Shown: one piece after another, positions 12,353-23,529 of the stretch
How positions within the stretch are numbered: the stretch's first letter is position 1
Layout: each line of letters opens with the position of its first letter
DNA from: Lingula anatina
Lineage: Eukaryota > Animalia > Brachiopoda
Length of the DNA: 64,000 bases
NCBI GenBank assembly: GCA_051362555.1
Contig: CM120644.1
Location: 15,708,534-15,772,533 of the forward strand
Direction of reading: 5' to 3'
The notes under the pieces: generated by a model
Database searches by the model: none
The model's input: only the letters and a program-made list of their open reading frames with translations
What the model was told of the DNA's origin: nothing
Translations under genes and position numbers: made by a program

Positions 12353-13759
12353 CTATTCCAATATTTTCTCGTCTCCTCCTGCCATCTTCATCCATGCGAT
12401 GGTCAGCTCAGCGTATTGCTTGGCGTTGGCATCACTAACCCTGTTAGTGTAGTAGTCAAGGTTGTAGCAGAATCGACCGCGGAATTTGTGCAGGAAGTGC
12501 AGAAATGGGTAAGGGTATCTATGCCCTGCGGCGGATGTGACAATCTTCGTAGCGTGAACTTCGTCGTCTTTTCCACCAGGAGGACATAACTTGTCGCAAT
12601 CTCCAATATTTGACGTTAGAAATTCCATTGTACAGTCTGAAGTTGCTAAAATCCGTTTTAAGTTTAGGCCAAGATAATCCCAAAGTTTACAAACCTGTAT
12701 AATATCGCCATTGTGAAGTTTGGAGTGAATAATCTCGGTTGCTTTTTTGGCAAATATCCAGAAGGCACTGTATGTGAAAGCTGTTGAAGTTGCTAATTTA
12801 ACATCGAGTACGCAAATTAAAGTTCCAAGGGCAGTGCGCAATTCGGGGGCCAGAAAACGTCGCATATTTACAGCGTGGGCAGAAGCAATGTTAAACTCAC
12901 GCGGTGTTTTCCCATCATATAGCAAACTGGCCATGGACATGGATGCAGCAGCAAAGAAGGCGCCGTGAACAGTTGTTCCATGATCTTTGCACTTCGCTAT
13001 GAATCTCTCCGTTTCTTGAACCGAGAATTCAACTGCCACTGTTTTGGTATACGTATCAGCTTTTGCAGGCGGTGGCGGATATCGCGACATATATAAACTC
13101 TTACTTTGGAACCAATCCGTAAACTTTGATTTTGCCACTTGGAGGTAATCTCGCCAAGTGAAAGACATCACATCTCGTGGTAGGAGATCTTCCAAAGCCG
13201 GCTGAAGTACTACATCATCGCCATCTTCGCAAGGTACGCCCGACATGACAACGTTTAAGATATTGATTACCCTGCGTAACATGAAGAGATTAGACGTTCC
13301 ATCCAGAATAGAGTGATGGACCCCAAACACAACTGCGCTGGTGAAGCTGTTGCTTTCATTTGAGATATCATTATCTGCTGCAGAACTATCACATCTTTCA
13401 GGCATTTGCGCGACTTTGACTCTCCAAAGTGGACCATTGGTGGTGTCAAACATCACGCGCATCACATCTTCGTGGACCTTCTCCCATCCATCTTCTGACA
13501 TCAAATTTATCATCTCAAAGTCTATTTTAGGGGTGTCCATATACTTAAAGTGCCTCTTCCCTTCGTGCCAAACTATGGCTAGTCGAAGATGTGGGATCTG
13601 TCGTTGCAGTTGAACGAAACATTGCTCCCACACATCCTCGGCTATCAACCTTTTCGATTTAATCCACGTGGTAAACGCAATTTTGGAAACATTAGCTTTG
13701 TCTAGGATCGCAAAACTGTTTTCAACTTCTCTCAGTGGGCGAATAACGTTATTGGCCAT
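12353..13759 (-). CDS. HHxxxDG acyltransferase-like protein, copy 3 (468 aa), near-identical to copy 1
   Basis: HHSILDG motif; flanks ~11815-14510 align with 1-6170 once the transposons are removed. Confidence 0.85.
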   Translation of the reverse strand: MANNVIRPLREVENSFAILDKANVSKIAFTTWIKSKRLIAEDVWEQCFVQLQRQIPHLRLAIVWHEGKRHFKYMDTPKIDFEMINLMSEDGWEKVHEDVMRVMFDTTNGPLWRVKVAQMPERCDSSAADNDISNESNSFTSAVVFGVHHSILDGTSNLFMLRRVINILNVVMSGVPCEDGDDVVLQPALEDLLPRDVMSFTWRDYLQVAKSKFTDWFQSKSLYMSRYPPPPAKADTYTKTVAVEFSVQETERFIAKCKDHGTTVHGAFFAAASMSMASLLYDGKTPREFNIASAHAVNMRRFLAPELRTALGTLICVLDVKLATSTAFTYSAFWIFAKKATEIIHSKLHNGDIIQVCKLWDYLGLNLKRILATSDCTMEFLTSNIGDCDKLCPPGGKDDEVHATKIVTSAAGHRYPYPFLHFLHKFRGRFCYNLDYYTNRVSDANAKQYAELTIAWMKMAGGDEKILE

Positions 13760-14850
13760 CAAGAAGTTGGGGTCTGAGCTACCAGGATGAAAGGGGCCGC
13801 CTGCTGCGGGTTTAAAATAAAAGTAGGCTCAATAGAACTATTTGACAAAAGCATAAATAAGAAGAAAGTCGTTATTAGGAATGGACAAGGGAGATGTATG
13901 AGGCAATGTTATAGAAATGAATGATTATCTAATTATTGTGAAAACTGATGCAGTTTTATTATTGTCGAAAGTGAATATCACTACCTGTTTGAAAAAAAAA
14001 ACAAGACGATATTTATCTGTCGTTCAAGCCCATGATACTTCTGTCTGGTCTTTGAATAAATTTTCGAGTCTTTAATACACCAACTAAATCTTGTTTTAAG
14101 GATAGTCGTTGGTTTGGTGTACATATGAACATATATTCAACTCTTTTATAATCTCTCTTAATGGCAAAACCTTTAAAATGTACGAGTACTTACCCGTTAA
14201 TGAACGATAGCGCGTTTGGCTTCCTTATCTTTTTTAGATGCTTTAAGTAATGACCAGATAAATAGAGCCAGACGCAACACTAAATAGTACGATTACAGCC
14301 TTGCCCCATTTCATATTCACTTCACACCTGTTTCATGTTTGCTCATTCTCTTCATAACTGGAAACAGGGATACAGTGTACATGATGAGTAGGCCTACATT
14401 CTGGGTCACCAATGTTTTTTATCTGCTTTTAAAGCTCTACACCTTATACATTTAAATATCAACTCGGGGATGGTGCAAACTGAATTGCACGTGCACCAGA
14501 AAGAAAATGTGGACGATGCTTGTACCTGCAAAGATGCAAACGGATCTTCACCCGATCTCCGCTATATATATATATTTCCTGTTATTATTGAATTTCTCAA
14601 AAAAATATAATAATATTACACCCGGTATGGTTTGCGTTACAGCAGCAATACGTATTTCTTGCTTGCTGGTAAATAAAAATTCAGAAAATATTGTTATTGT
14701 TGACGATTCAATAAATTGTGCTGCAACTTTTGGTGTTTTTTATGTTGCACGTTTCAGGATACTGCACTGAGACAGTGAAAGAGGAAAATCGTCCGTAATC
14801 AAGATAACAAAACGTTTTAATCGTTAGCGTATCGTTTCTGTGCCAAATGT

Positions 14851-14935
14851 AAATCCATGTGGTAAAAACAATTGTAGAGACATTAGCTTCGTGCATGATC
14901 GCACGTTTTCAACTCCCCTAAATGGACGCCATCAT
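14851..14935 (-). pseudogene. 5' remnant of a copy-2-type acyltransferase (rest deleted)
   Basis: Encodes MHEANVSTIVFTTWI. 14850-15220 resembles 9310-9730 and abuts sequence resembling 6640-6930, so an internal deletion removed the gene body. Confidence 0.7.
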
Positions 14936-15859
14936 GTGCTGTGGGAGAAAAATGTGTCCGTATTGGTGTAATGACATAGGTCGCTTGCTACGGGTTTTAC
15001 ATGAAAATAGACTTTATGTTTAAAATGGGTCTCAACTCTTATCTTGGTTGTCGTGGCATGTCGTGGCATGTGAAACATTTTAAGCAAATTACACATTCCT
15101 CTTCATTTTACCTGAACGTAATGTAGGTTGCACTTCTAATAACACCTCCATTTACTTGATGCATGTATGACTCTACTAAGTGAATCTTTCCTACATGAAT
15201 ATAACAAGAATAGGACAAGTGACCTTTAAGAAAGAACCGCACGTGTGGTTACCGGCCTTATGGGGTTAACTTCAGGGTAGGTCAAGCATTACGTGCAATG
15301 CAGCCCCATCGTTATAATTTCTTTTCATTCTATCATAATTTCGACAGTCGGGTCAGGCATGATCCAATGTGCTGTTAAATAAATACCCTAGTTTTTCAGT
15401 TGGTCGACACTATTTGGCTTGTTCCTGCAGAGAAGGTGTTTCACTTCCCAAAAAATTAGAACTACTAGAAAAGTGTACATAAGGTAAGTATCTATTTATC
15501 AAACAATAATATATCGTATTGTTTTCCTGTAAACAATGAATGCATTTTAAGAAATTAACTACATTCATATACCTGGTATGTGGAAAGTGAGAGGTCGGTT
15601 TATAAGCAATGTATGCAGTCAGCAAGTCAGCCAGTCAATCCTGCCATACGTGGTTAATCAATTCGTTTCATATATTCATTTCTCAATTAAAGTATTTTAA
15701 ATCAATTTATAGAATGACTTATTAAAAGGTTTCTTGCTTGGTTCTTGCATATTCGTCCCCGTTTCACTGTGAATACGTTTTAAAATGTATTCTGTTGCCA
15801 TATCTATTCAGGTTCGAAGTCTTGCCATCTTTAACGAGTAAAGAAACAACGTTACTGAA

Positions 15860-17275
15860 ATGGCAAATGGCATTATTCGCCCACTGGGACGAAATGAAAC
15901 CGACTGTGCTTTGATGCATGAAGCAAACGTCTCTACAGTTGCTTTTACCACTTGGATTGACTCAAAAAGACTGATAACAAATGATGAGTGGAAGAAATGT
16001 TTCGTTCAACTGCAACGAGAGATCCCACATCTTCGCCTGACCATAGTTTGGCACGAAGGGAAGAGGTACTTCAAGTATATGGACACCCCTCGGGTAGACT
16101 TTGAGATGATTAATGTGATGTCAGAAAATGGATGGGAGAAGGTCCACGAGGATGTGATGCGCGTGATGTTTGACACCACCAATGGTCCACTTTGGAGAGT
16201 CAAAGTCGCGAGAATGCCCGAAAGAGGTGATGGTTCAACAACGGGGAATGGTATCTCAAATGCCAACCACGGATTCACCAGTGTAGTCGTGTTTGGGATC
16301 CACCATTCTATCATGGATGGAACTTCGAATCTATTCATGCTACACAGGCTAATTCACATTCTTAACGCTCACATGTCGGGTGTATCCTGCGAAAATGGCG
16401 ATCCAGTGGTGTTTCAACCGGCTTTGGAAGATCTCTTACCACGAGATGTGATGACATTCACTTGGCGAGATTATCTTCAGGTGGCAAGATCAAAGTTCAT
16501 GGAATGGTTTCAAAGAAAGAGTCTGTATATGAATCGATATCCACCACCGCCTGCAATTGCTGATATGTATACCAAAACAGTGGCAGTTGAATTCTCGATT
16601 CAAGAAACGGAGAGATTCATAGCGAAGTGTAAGGATCATGGGACAACAGTCCATGGTGCCTTCTTTGCTGCTGCATCCATGGCCATGGCTAGTGTGGTCA
16701 ATGATGGAAAACCACCCAGCGTGTTGAAAATAGGTTCCATCCATTCTGTTAATACGCGGCGCTTTATGCTTTCAGAACAGAGCACTGCTTTAGGACTTTT
16801 CTCTTGTATACCTGAAGTCACATTACCGACCCCAACAGAAATCACATATACCGCCTTCTGGATACTTGCAAAGAATGCAACTGAAGTTATTCAGTCCATG
16901 CTTCGCAATGGGGGAATCATGCAGCTGTGTAAAATATCGGATTACTTTGGGGACGAAGGCGTGAAAAGCATGCTAGCAAGTCGAGACTGTACAATGGAAT
17001 TTGCAACATCCAATATCGGCGATTGCGACAAGTTATGTCCTCCTGGAGGACAAGACGACGAGGTTCACGCCACGAGAATTGCCACTTCCTCCGCGGCACA
17101 TAGATATCCTGTACCTTTTGTGCATTTTTTGCACAAATTCCGCGGTCGTTTCTGCTATAACCTTGACTACTGCACCAATAGGGCTAGCGCTACGAACGCC
17201 AAAAAATACACTGCTCTGACCGTGAAGTTGATGAAGATGGCAGCGGGCGAAGAAGAAAAAGGGACTTGCTTGTAA
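15860..17275 (+). CDS. HHxxxDG acyltransferase-like protein, copy 4 (471 aa)
   Basis: HHSIMDG motif, RPLGRNE N-terminus, intact ORF; candidate acceptor TATTCAG at ~15811. Confidence 0.85.
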   Translation: MANGIIRPLGRNETDCALMHEANVSTVAFTTWIDSKRLITNDEWKKCFVQLQREIPHLRLTIVWHEGKRYFKYMDTPRVDFEMINVMSENGWEKVHEDVMRVMFDTTNGPLWRVKVARMPERGDGSTTGNGISNANHGFTSVVVFGIHHSIMDGTSNLFMLHRLIHILNAHMSGVSCENGDPVVFQPALEDLLPRDVMTFTWRDYLQVARSKFMEWFQRKSLYMNRYPPPPAIADMYTKTVAVEFSIQETERFIAKCKDHGTTVHGAFFAAASMAMASVVNDGKPPSVLKIGSIHSVNTRRFMLSEQSTALGLFSCIPEVTLPTPTEITYTAFWILAKNATEVIQSMLRNGGIMQLCKISDYFGDEGVKSMLASRDCTMEFATSNIGDCDKLCPPGGQDDEVHATRIATSSAAHRYPVPFVHFLHKFRGRFCYNLDYCTNRASATNAKKYTALTVKLMKMAAGEEEKGTCL

Positions 17276-17375
17276 TCGAAAACGTTAATTAAGGGCTCGT
17301 ACATGTATGCCTTGCCTAAAGCCAGTTATCTAAATGATTTCTTAATCGAGCTTATTGAACATTTTTATTCCAAAA

Positions 17376-17470
17376 GGGTTGGCGTTACGGACGTGAAAAG
17401 TTACGATGATATGACTGTGGAGTTGATTTAAATGGCAGCAGGAGAAGAACAGAAAGAGACTTGCTTGTAA
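17376..17470 (+). pseudogene. Degenerate tandem duplicate of the 3' end of acyltransferase copy 4
   Basis: GTGGAGTTGATTTAAATGGCAGCAGGAGAAGAACAGAAAGAGACTTGCTTGTAATCGA repeats ~17222-17279 with an in-frame stop. Confidence 0.7.
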
Positions 17471-17968
17471 TCGAGAATGGTAACTAAGGACTCGGCTGTT
17501 TTACCTGAAGACAGTTACAAAAAACATAGTAATGATTTCTTGGATTATTTTTATCTCCCTTATGCCTTAAGGTCCAGTATTATACTACCTGTATAAGCAG
17601 ATGCACAATACGTTTCAATAACGACACGTACGCACAGACTGGCCAAAAAAGCGAGCTCGTCCAAAACTATGCATAGACAAGTCGCATTCCTTTTTATTAT
17701 TAAAAAAAAAAACGAAATGTTATTATGTAGGACACAATATGAAGACAAATAATCCATTCACTGCTGCGCAACAGTAGCTTTATTTAGTTTGCCCCTGTGT
17801 CGATCTTCTATTTACACTGAACATTTGCACTGATGACGATTAGCAAATGTGTTTAGCCTCTTAGGACGTTTATGGGCGAGGCATGTTTGTCATATTGTTC
17901 TGGTCGATGTTATCGTGATGGTGTCCTTTAAGGGGCCGGCAGTAAGGTTATTGCATGCACCGAATCTT

Positions 17969-18240
17969 TGAGAGAGAGAGAGAGAGAGAGAGAAAGGGGG
18001 GAGATAGAGAGAAATAAAGAGTGAGAGAGAGAAAGGAGGAGATAGAGAAATAAAGAGAGTGAAGAGATAGAGGGAAACAGATAGAGAGACAGAGAAACAG
18101 ATTGAGAGAAATAAAGATAGAGGAGGAAACAGATAAACAGGTAGAAAGAGGGAGAGGGGGGAACAGACAGAGAAAAAGAAAGAGAGAGAAAGAGAGAGAG
18201 CAAGAAATATAGAGAAAGAAAGAGAGAGGGAGAGTGACAT
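17969..18240. repeat. GA-rich low-complexity/microsatellite tract
   Basis: Direct reading. Confidence 0.9.
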
Positions 18241-20167
18241 AGAAGACGAAGGCAAAAGACAGGAAATTAGAATAAATATCATAGCATAAGCTGCCAACAT
18301 CAGGACTGTGAAAACCTGTTATTGACTTTTTTATATCTCTGGACACATTTACTATAAGTACAAATTTAATAGTTAATCACTTGATATTTTACAGAACGTC
18401 TGCCGTCGTTTAACATGTAAATATGTAACAGTTAAATGGGAAAATAAGAAGGTGATTATATTAAAAAAAAACACGGTACAGGTATATAAATCGCAAATTT
18501 CATCAGCCCTTATATTCCCTTTATAATATGGTATTTAACGTGTATGAGCTAGGTCAAGCATGAAGTGACAGGCAGCTCCGTCATTATTTGTTATTTTCGT
18601 TCCATAATTCATGATGTTGACAGACCGCAATACAGGGCAGGCATGACCTGTTGAACTGATATATACAGAGTCTCGGCCAAAATGACATCGAAGCTTTCCA
18701 TGCATAACATAACCCGAGAACATTTCATTCAAGGCTCTACATGGTACAACAACCAGTAGGTCTCTATTTGGCTTGTTTTCTATCATGCACGGTAAAAGCT
18801 TTTTACTTGGCAGAATTGTATTACAGCGCACCATTCGCCGGTAAGTACTATATTAAACACTTTTCTGTTTCATCGCATTCCGTTAATTATTTTTGACGTA
18901 AAAATGTGTCAGTCAGTGAACCAGACAGTCAGTATATGTAGGGGAAAGCGGGGCCACATGTAATTCGCCCTCTTTTTATAAAAAAATTGAGATGAAAGGA
19001 AGGTTTCTAGATTTTTTTCAGAAGTAAGTTCATTTATATAACCTTATGGTGGTGAAGTATCAAAAAGTCCAGTGTAATTTTTTCAGTAAATTCTGTATTA
19101 AAATGTCTAGTGTAATTAAGTGTGGGAATGCGCCCCACCCCGGGGCAAATGTAATCACTCTGTGGGGCAACTTCGCACGTATAAAATCCAATAGAAAAAA
19201 TACTTGTATCCATTTCTGTGCATTTTACTGGATTAAAATGAGTAACAGAGGCAACTAAGGTAGGCAGCATTAAAGCACAGTGCATTATTGCTCGTCTCTG
19301 ACTTCCTAAAATAAACCTACATGTACAAGCTTAACAAAAACATCAACAGCATCAACGAAAGCAAATTCACTTTGACCGAAATGTCACAAGTTTTATCATA
19401 CATGTACTACTCTATCTTTAATGCGTCAGGTAACATCACGTTATGTACATCTGTTTATGCTGATCGAGGTTTGGTAATTACATTAGAATGAAAGTGTCGT
19501 TTTCTCTTGTATTCATCAGAGTCAGCGTTGTGACATATATACATGCCCAGGGCCAGGTGAGAAAGCCATGTGAAAAAGGGGCGAATTTGTCCCGAGGAGG
19601 CTTTTTTGTTCCACGCATAATATTCACAAGACATAGGGGAGACCTGGGCTAGTTGGACCCCGGGGTAAGATACCCCCCCCCCCCCGTCAATTTGTGAAAA
19701 AAAAAACTACGGGGTAAAAAAACGATCACATCATTTTGAAAAGTGACCGTATCCACTGATGTCAAGAAAGCGTTAAAAAGTTTAATTTAGGTGGTGAGTC
19801 CAAATAAAAAAATTATGTGTCTTAAAGTATATTTATTACAGACATTTTGAAATCTATTTTCATAGGCTTTGATCGAATATACATGTAGCACATGTACAGG
19901 GCATAAAACTGAAGCGCGTTATTTACATACAACGTAAGGTACAGAAACCTCAATATATCTGCCTCATTTGAACTACTAATTCATCAAAGACTCTTCGAAA
20001 TAGTGTCTGATTTCTTAATTAAAAATGTCTGAATCTTCTTCCATTTCTGTTCTGGCGCCTACATAGGGCCTATTGCCCCTCCCCCCAAAATTACCTCCCC
20101 CCCCCCATGCCCTGTCCCTTACTCCCCTCTAATGCCACTCATGTTCTAGTCACTGCCTTTCCTTGAA

Positions 20168-20209
<42 letters not shown>

Positions 20210-20687
20210 ATTCCAAAGGTGAGCATATAATGCCTAGGCGAATTGCCACCTTTATTTATACTGTATCAATATTTAACCCTATTGAGAATACAGATGTTTA
20301 AAAAAAAATCAAAGACTCTCAAAATTCAATTTGATAAAAAAAATTGTAAAAATGTATTTCATGGCGTTTACGTGGAATACCCACTGCATTTTCGTATAGG
20401 GGGCCAACATGCCCCGCCACGGGCTGAATGACTAAATGTAATCTATATTCAAATTACAAAACAGACACCAATTGAGACTCTTAAAGTTTCTTTCCAAGGT
20501 AAAATAAATGAGTCGTGGCTTGTGAGTCACGTTTCATCTGCGTTGCACCCCATAGTTTTGTTTTATAACTCTTGCACATACCACGTGACATCTTGAAATG
20601 ACGGGAGGCCAGATCCAACTTTACACTTTTGAGATATACGGACTTTCTCCGGGGGCGGACTATCCCCGCCTTCTCCTTCGTCAGTAT

Positions 20688-20893
20688 GGCCACATTCACA
20701 AACAAAGCTGAGCTGCGTACTAATACATCCGCGGATCAAAAATGGCCAACCCACTTGAAAGCTTACCACTTAATCCCCGCAGGGAATCTATTCAGTGTCT
20801 ATTACGGGATTTTGCTGCAAGCTTTCAAGTGGGTCGGCCATATTTGGTCCTCGGATCTGTAAGTCTGCGGATCAGCTTGTTCTGAATGCGACC
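20688..20893. mobile_element. Representative of a high-copy palindromic MITE family (GCATTCAGAACA...GGATCAAATATGGCC)
   Basis: Ends GGCCACATTCACAAACAA ... TTGTTCTGAATGCGACC. Related pieces lie at about 32900-33035, 33160-33390, 34410-34610, 37200-37350, 37580-37860, 38560-38650, 39010-39195 and 59395-59655. Confidence 0.6.
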
Positions 20894-21130
20894 TACGTTC
20901 GCCAGTAAGTCCTGCCATACTTGTTTTTTTTATATATATATATATAGCATTTAAATTCACAAGTTCAAGTATTTATTACTTCTAAAGTAACAACTTAAAC
21001 GATGTAATATATAATCCCAGCAGTCTCCATGGTTTCCATTCTAATACCAGGTTTTTAACGTTCTTCTACCCCCATGTCTATATTTAGGTGCCTGTTTGTA
21101 ACAAACAAAAGAAAAAAGGAAATCACACCA

Positions 21131-22534
21131 ATGATTGCAAATGATATCATTCGCCCACTAGGACGTAACGAAACCGATTGTGTTTTGATGCATGAGGCAA
21201 AAGTCTCAACAATTGCAGTTACCACGTGGATCACCTCAAAAAGGCTGATAACAGAGGGTGTATGGGAGCAATGTCTTGGGCATCTGCAACGAGAGATCCC
21301 GCATCTTCGCTTGACCATAGTTCGGCACGAAGGGAAGAGGCACTTCAAGTATATGAACAGCCCTCAAGTAGACTTTGAGATGATTAATCTGACGTCAGAA
21401 GACGGATGGGAGAAGATCCACGAGGATATGATGCGCGTGGTGTATGACACTACCAATGGTCCGCTTTGGAGAGTAAAAGTTGCACGAATGCCTGAATACG
21501 ACGATGGTTCAACAACGGAGAGATGTATCTCAAATGCGAGGTTCACCAGCGTATTGGTCTTTGGGAGCCATCACTCTATAATAGATGGAACGTCATTTTT
21601 CTTGATGTTACACAGGCTATTTCACAGTCTAAACGCTGTCATGTCAGGCGCATCCCGCAGTGACGACAATGCTGTGATGCTCCAGCCAGCTTTGGAAGAT
21701 CTGTTGCCACGACGTGAAATGGCACTTACTTGGCGAGATTACGTTCACATGGCAACATTAATGTTGAAAAGTTTGTTTCCAAGCAAGAGTATGTATATGG
21801 AGCGATTTCCGCCACCATCTGCAACACCTAATACGTATACAAAAACAGTGGCAGTCGAATTGTCGATTCAAGAAACGGAGAGATTCATAGCGAAGTGTAA
21901 GGATCATGGGACAACTGTACATGGTGCCTTCTTTGCTGCTGCATCCATGGCCATGGCCAGTCTGATAAATGATGGTAAACCACCCAGCGCCCTAGATATA
22001 CGTTCTATTCATTCTGTTAATACGCGGCGTTTTCTACCGTCAGAACTAAGCACTGCTTTCGGATTTTTCACTGCTATACCAAGCGTCTCGATAACGACGC
22101 CTACAGATGCCACATTCGCTGCCTTCTGGAAACATGCTCAGAATGCTACCCAAGTGATTCACTCCATGCTTCGCAATGGAGATCCCATACGGCTTTGTAA
22201 AATAGCGGATTACATCGGTGACGACGGCGTGAAAAGCATGTTAGCTACACCAGATTGTACAATGGAATTTGCAATATCCAGTGTCGGCGATTGTGACAAG
22301 TTATGTCCTCCTGGTGGACAAGACGACGAGGTCCACGCCACGAAGATTGTCACATCTACCGCGTCTCATAGGTATCCTATGCCTTTTGTGCATTATTTGC
22401 TCAAGTTCCGTGGTCGATTCTGCTACAACCTTGACTACTGTACCAATAGGGTAAGTGATGAGAACGCCAAAAGATACGCTGAGCTGACCGCGGAGTTGAT
22501 GAAAATGGCAGCAGAAGAGAAGGCGTGGAGTTAA
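21131..22534 (+). CDS. HHxxxDG acyltransferase-like protein, copy 5 (467 aa), most divergent copy
   Basis: HHSIIDG motif; start MIANDIIRPLGRNE chosen by alignment to paralogs; acceptor TTTAG at ~21088. Confidence 0.85.
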   Translation: MIANDIIRPLGRNETDCVLMHEAKVSTIAVTTWITSKRLITEGVWEQCLGHLQREIPHLRLTIVRHEGKRHFKYMNSPQVDFEMINLTSEDGWEKIHEDMMRVVYDTTNGPLWRVKVARMPEYDDGSTTERCISNARFTSVLVFGSHHSIIDGTSFFLMLHRLFHSLNAVMSGASRSDDNAVMLQPALEDLLPRREMALTWRDYVHMATLMLKSLFPSKSMYMERFPPPSATPNTYTKTVAVELSIQETERFIAKCKDHGTTVHGAFFAAASMAMASLINDGKPPSALDIRSIHSVNTRRFLPSELSTAFGFFTAIPSVSITTPTDATFAAFWKHAQNATQVIHSMLRNGDPIRLCKIADYIGDDGVKSMLATPDCTMEFAISSVGDCDKLCPPGGQDDEVHATKIVTSTASHRYPMPFVHYLLKFRGRFCYNLDYCTNRVSDENAKRYAELTAELMKMAAEEKAWS

Positions 22535-22565
22535 TGGAAAAAATGAAAATATTCTGTCTGCTCAA

Positions 22566-22567
<2 letters not shown>

Positions 22568-22628
<61 letters not shown>
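22568..22628. repeat. (TA)n microsatellite
   Basis: Direct reading. Confidence 0.9.
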
Positions 22629-22629
<1 letters not shown>

Positions 22630-23529
22630 TTAAGGAAATAGTTTTTAAACAGCAATAAGATAAAGTTTCTTGGGCTGATTATATTTCCTTGCGTGCCAGT
22701 AAGGCAAGACTAAGGCAGTCATCTGTATCCAATAACCATGTAAAGTCGTATCATTTTGTTTATCTAACTTATTTTACCATGTGGCAGAAGGCTATGATAA
22801 ACGGAGAGAAAGCTTCCTTGCACGCCAGACTAGCCAACCTCGTTATGATGAACAAGACTTTAAGAAATGCTGTCTTTTCACACAAAAAATGTACATTGAT
22901 GAAAATCAGATGAAGCCTCTAGGCATATTCATATATCGATTACCTTTGTCTGTATATTAACAAGATTTTGTACTTGTAGCGGTTAAAGCAGAATTATAGG
23001 AACTAGTATATTGCATAAGTTAAAGGTTTAGGGTGTCGCGTGTGCACCAATAACAATTAATTATAATTAGAAAAAATGTTTTAGAATTTTGTGTATCAGG
23101 TCATCGGAATTCGGCTTCTTTCGAGAAATGCTAGACTGCAAATTATCATTTTGAGCCCTAGCTGTCTTTTACTTGAATGTGTTCCAATCGGGGTAGATGC
23201 GCCGTATAAATACCCCGGTATCGCAACGTGTATCACAGCGGAGGATCAAAGTGAGAACTCAGTAAGGAAAGGATTTGTAAATGTTGCATAATTTTTATCT
23301 CTTGTTTCTTATTTGATAGAGTAGGTTAATATTCTTTAGAGTACTCTAAATTATTAAGAGTAGGTTAAAATCCTAAGTGACCTGTGCAACAAAGACAGAT
23401 ATGTACCTGACAGTGAGCAAATAAACAACATGCGTAGGCCTATACATTCCTTAACACAAAAAGCCCTGCAAATGTCTTCAATTCTTGAATCTCTACAAAA
23501 TCTCTACAGGTTTAATACTGACGCCAGAA

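Noticed and set aside
17890-18346. Hydrophobic Leu/Ser-rich ORFs
   Set aside because: They are translations of the GA/CT microsatellite.
18940-20430. Possible additional DNA-transposon remnants (GGGGAAAGCGGGGCC / GGGGAGACCTGGGC ends)
   Set aside because: Matching ends and TSDs could not be fixed by eye, so no feature is claimed.
498-22534. NRPS assembly line or bacterial contaminant
   Set aside because: No adenylation, carrier or thioesterase domains are seen; the genes lie among eukaryotic transposons, microsatellites and spliced genes and have splice acceptors upstream.
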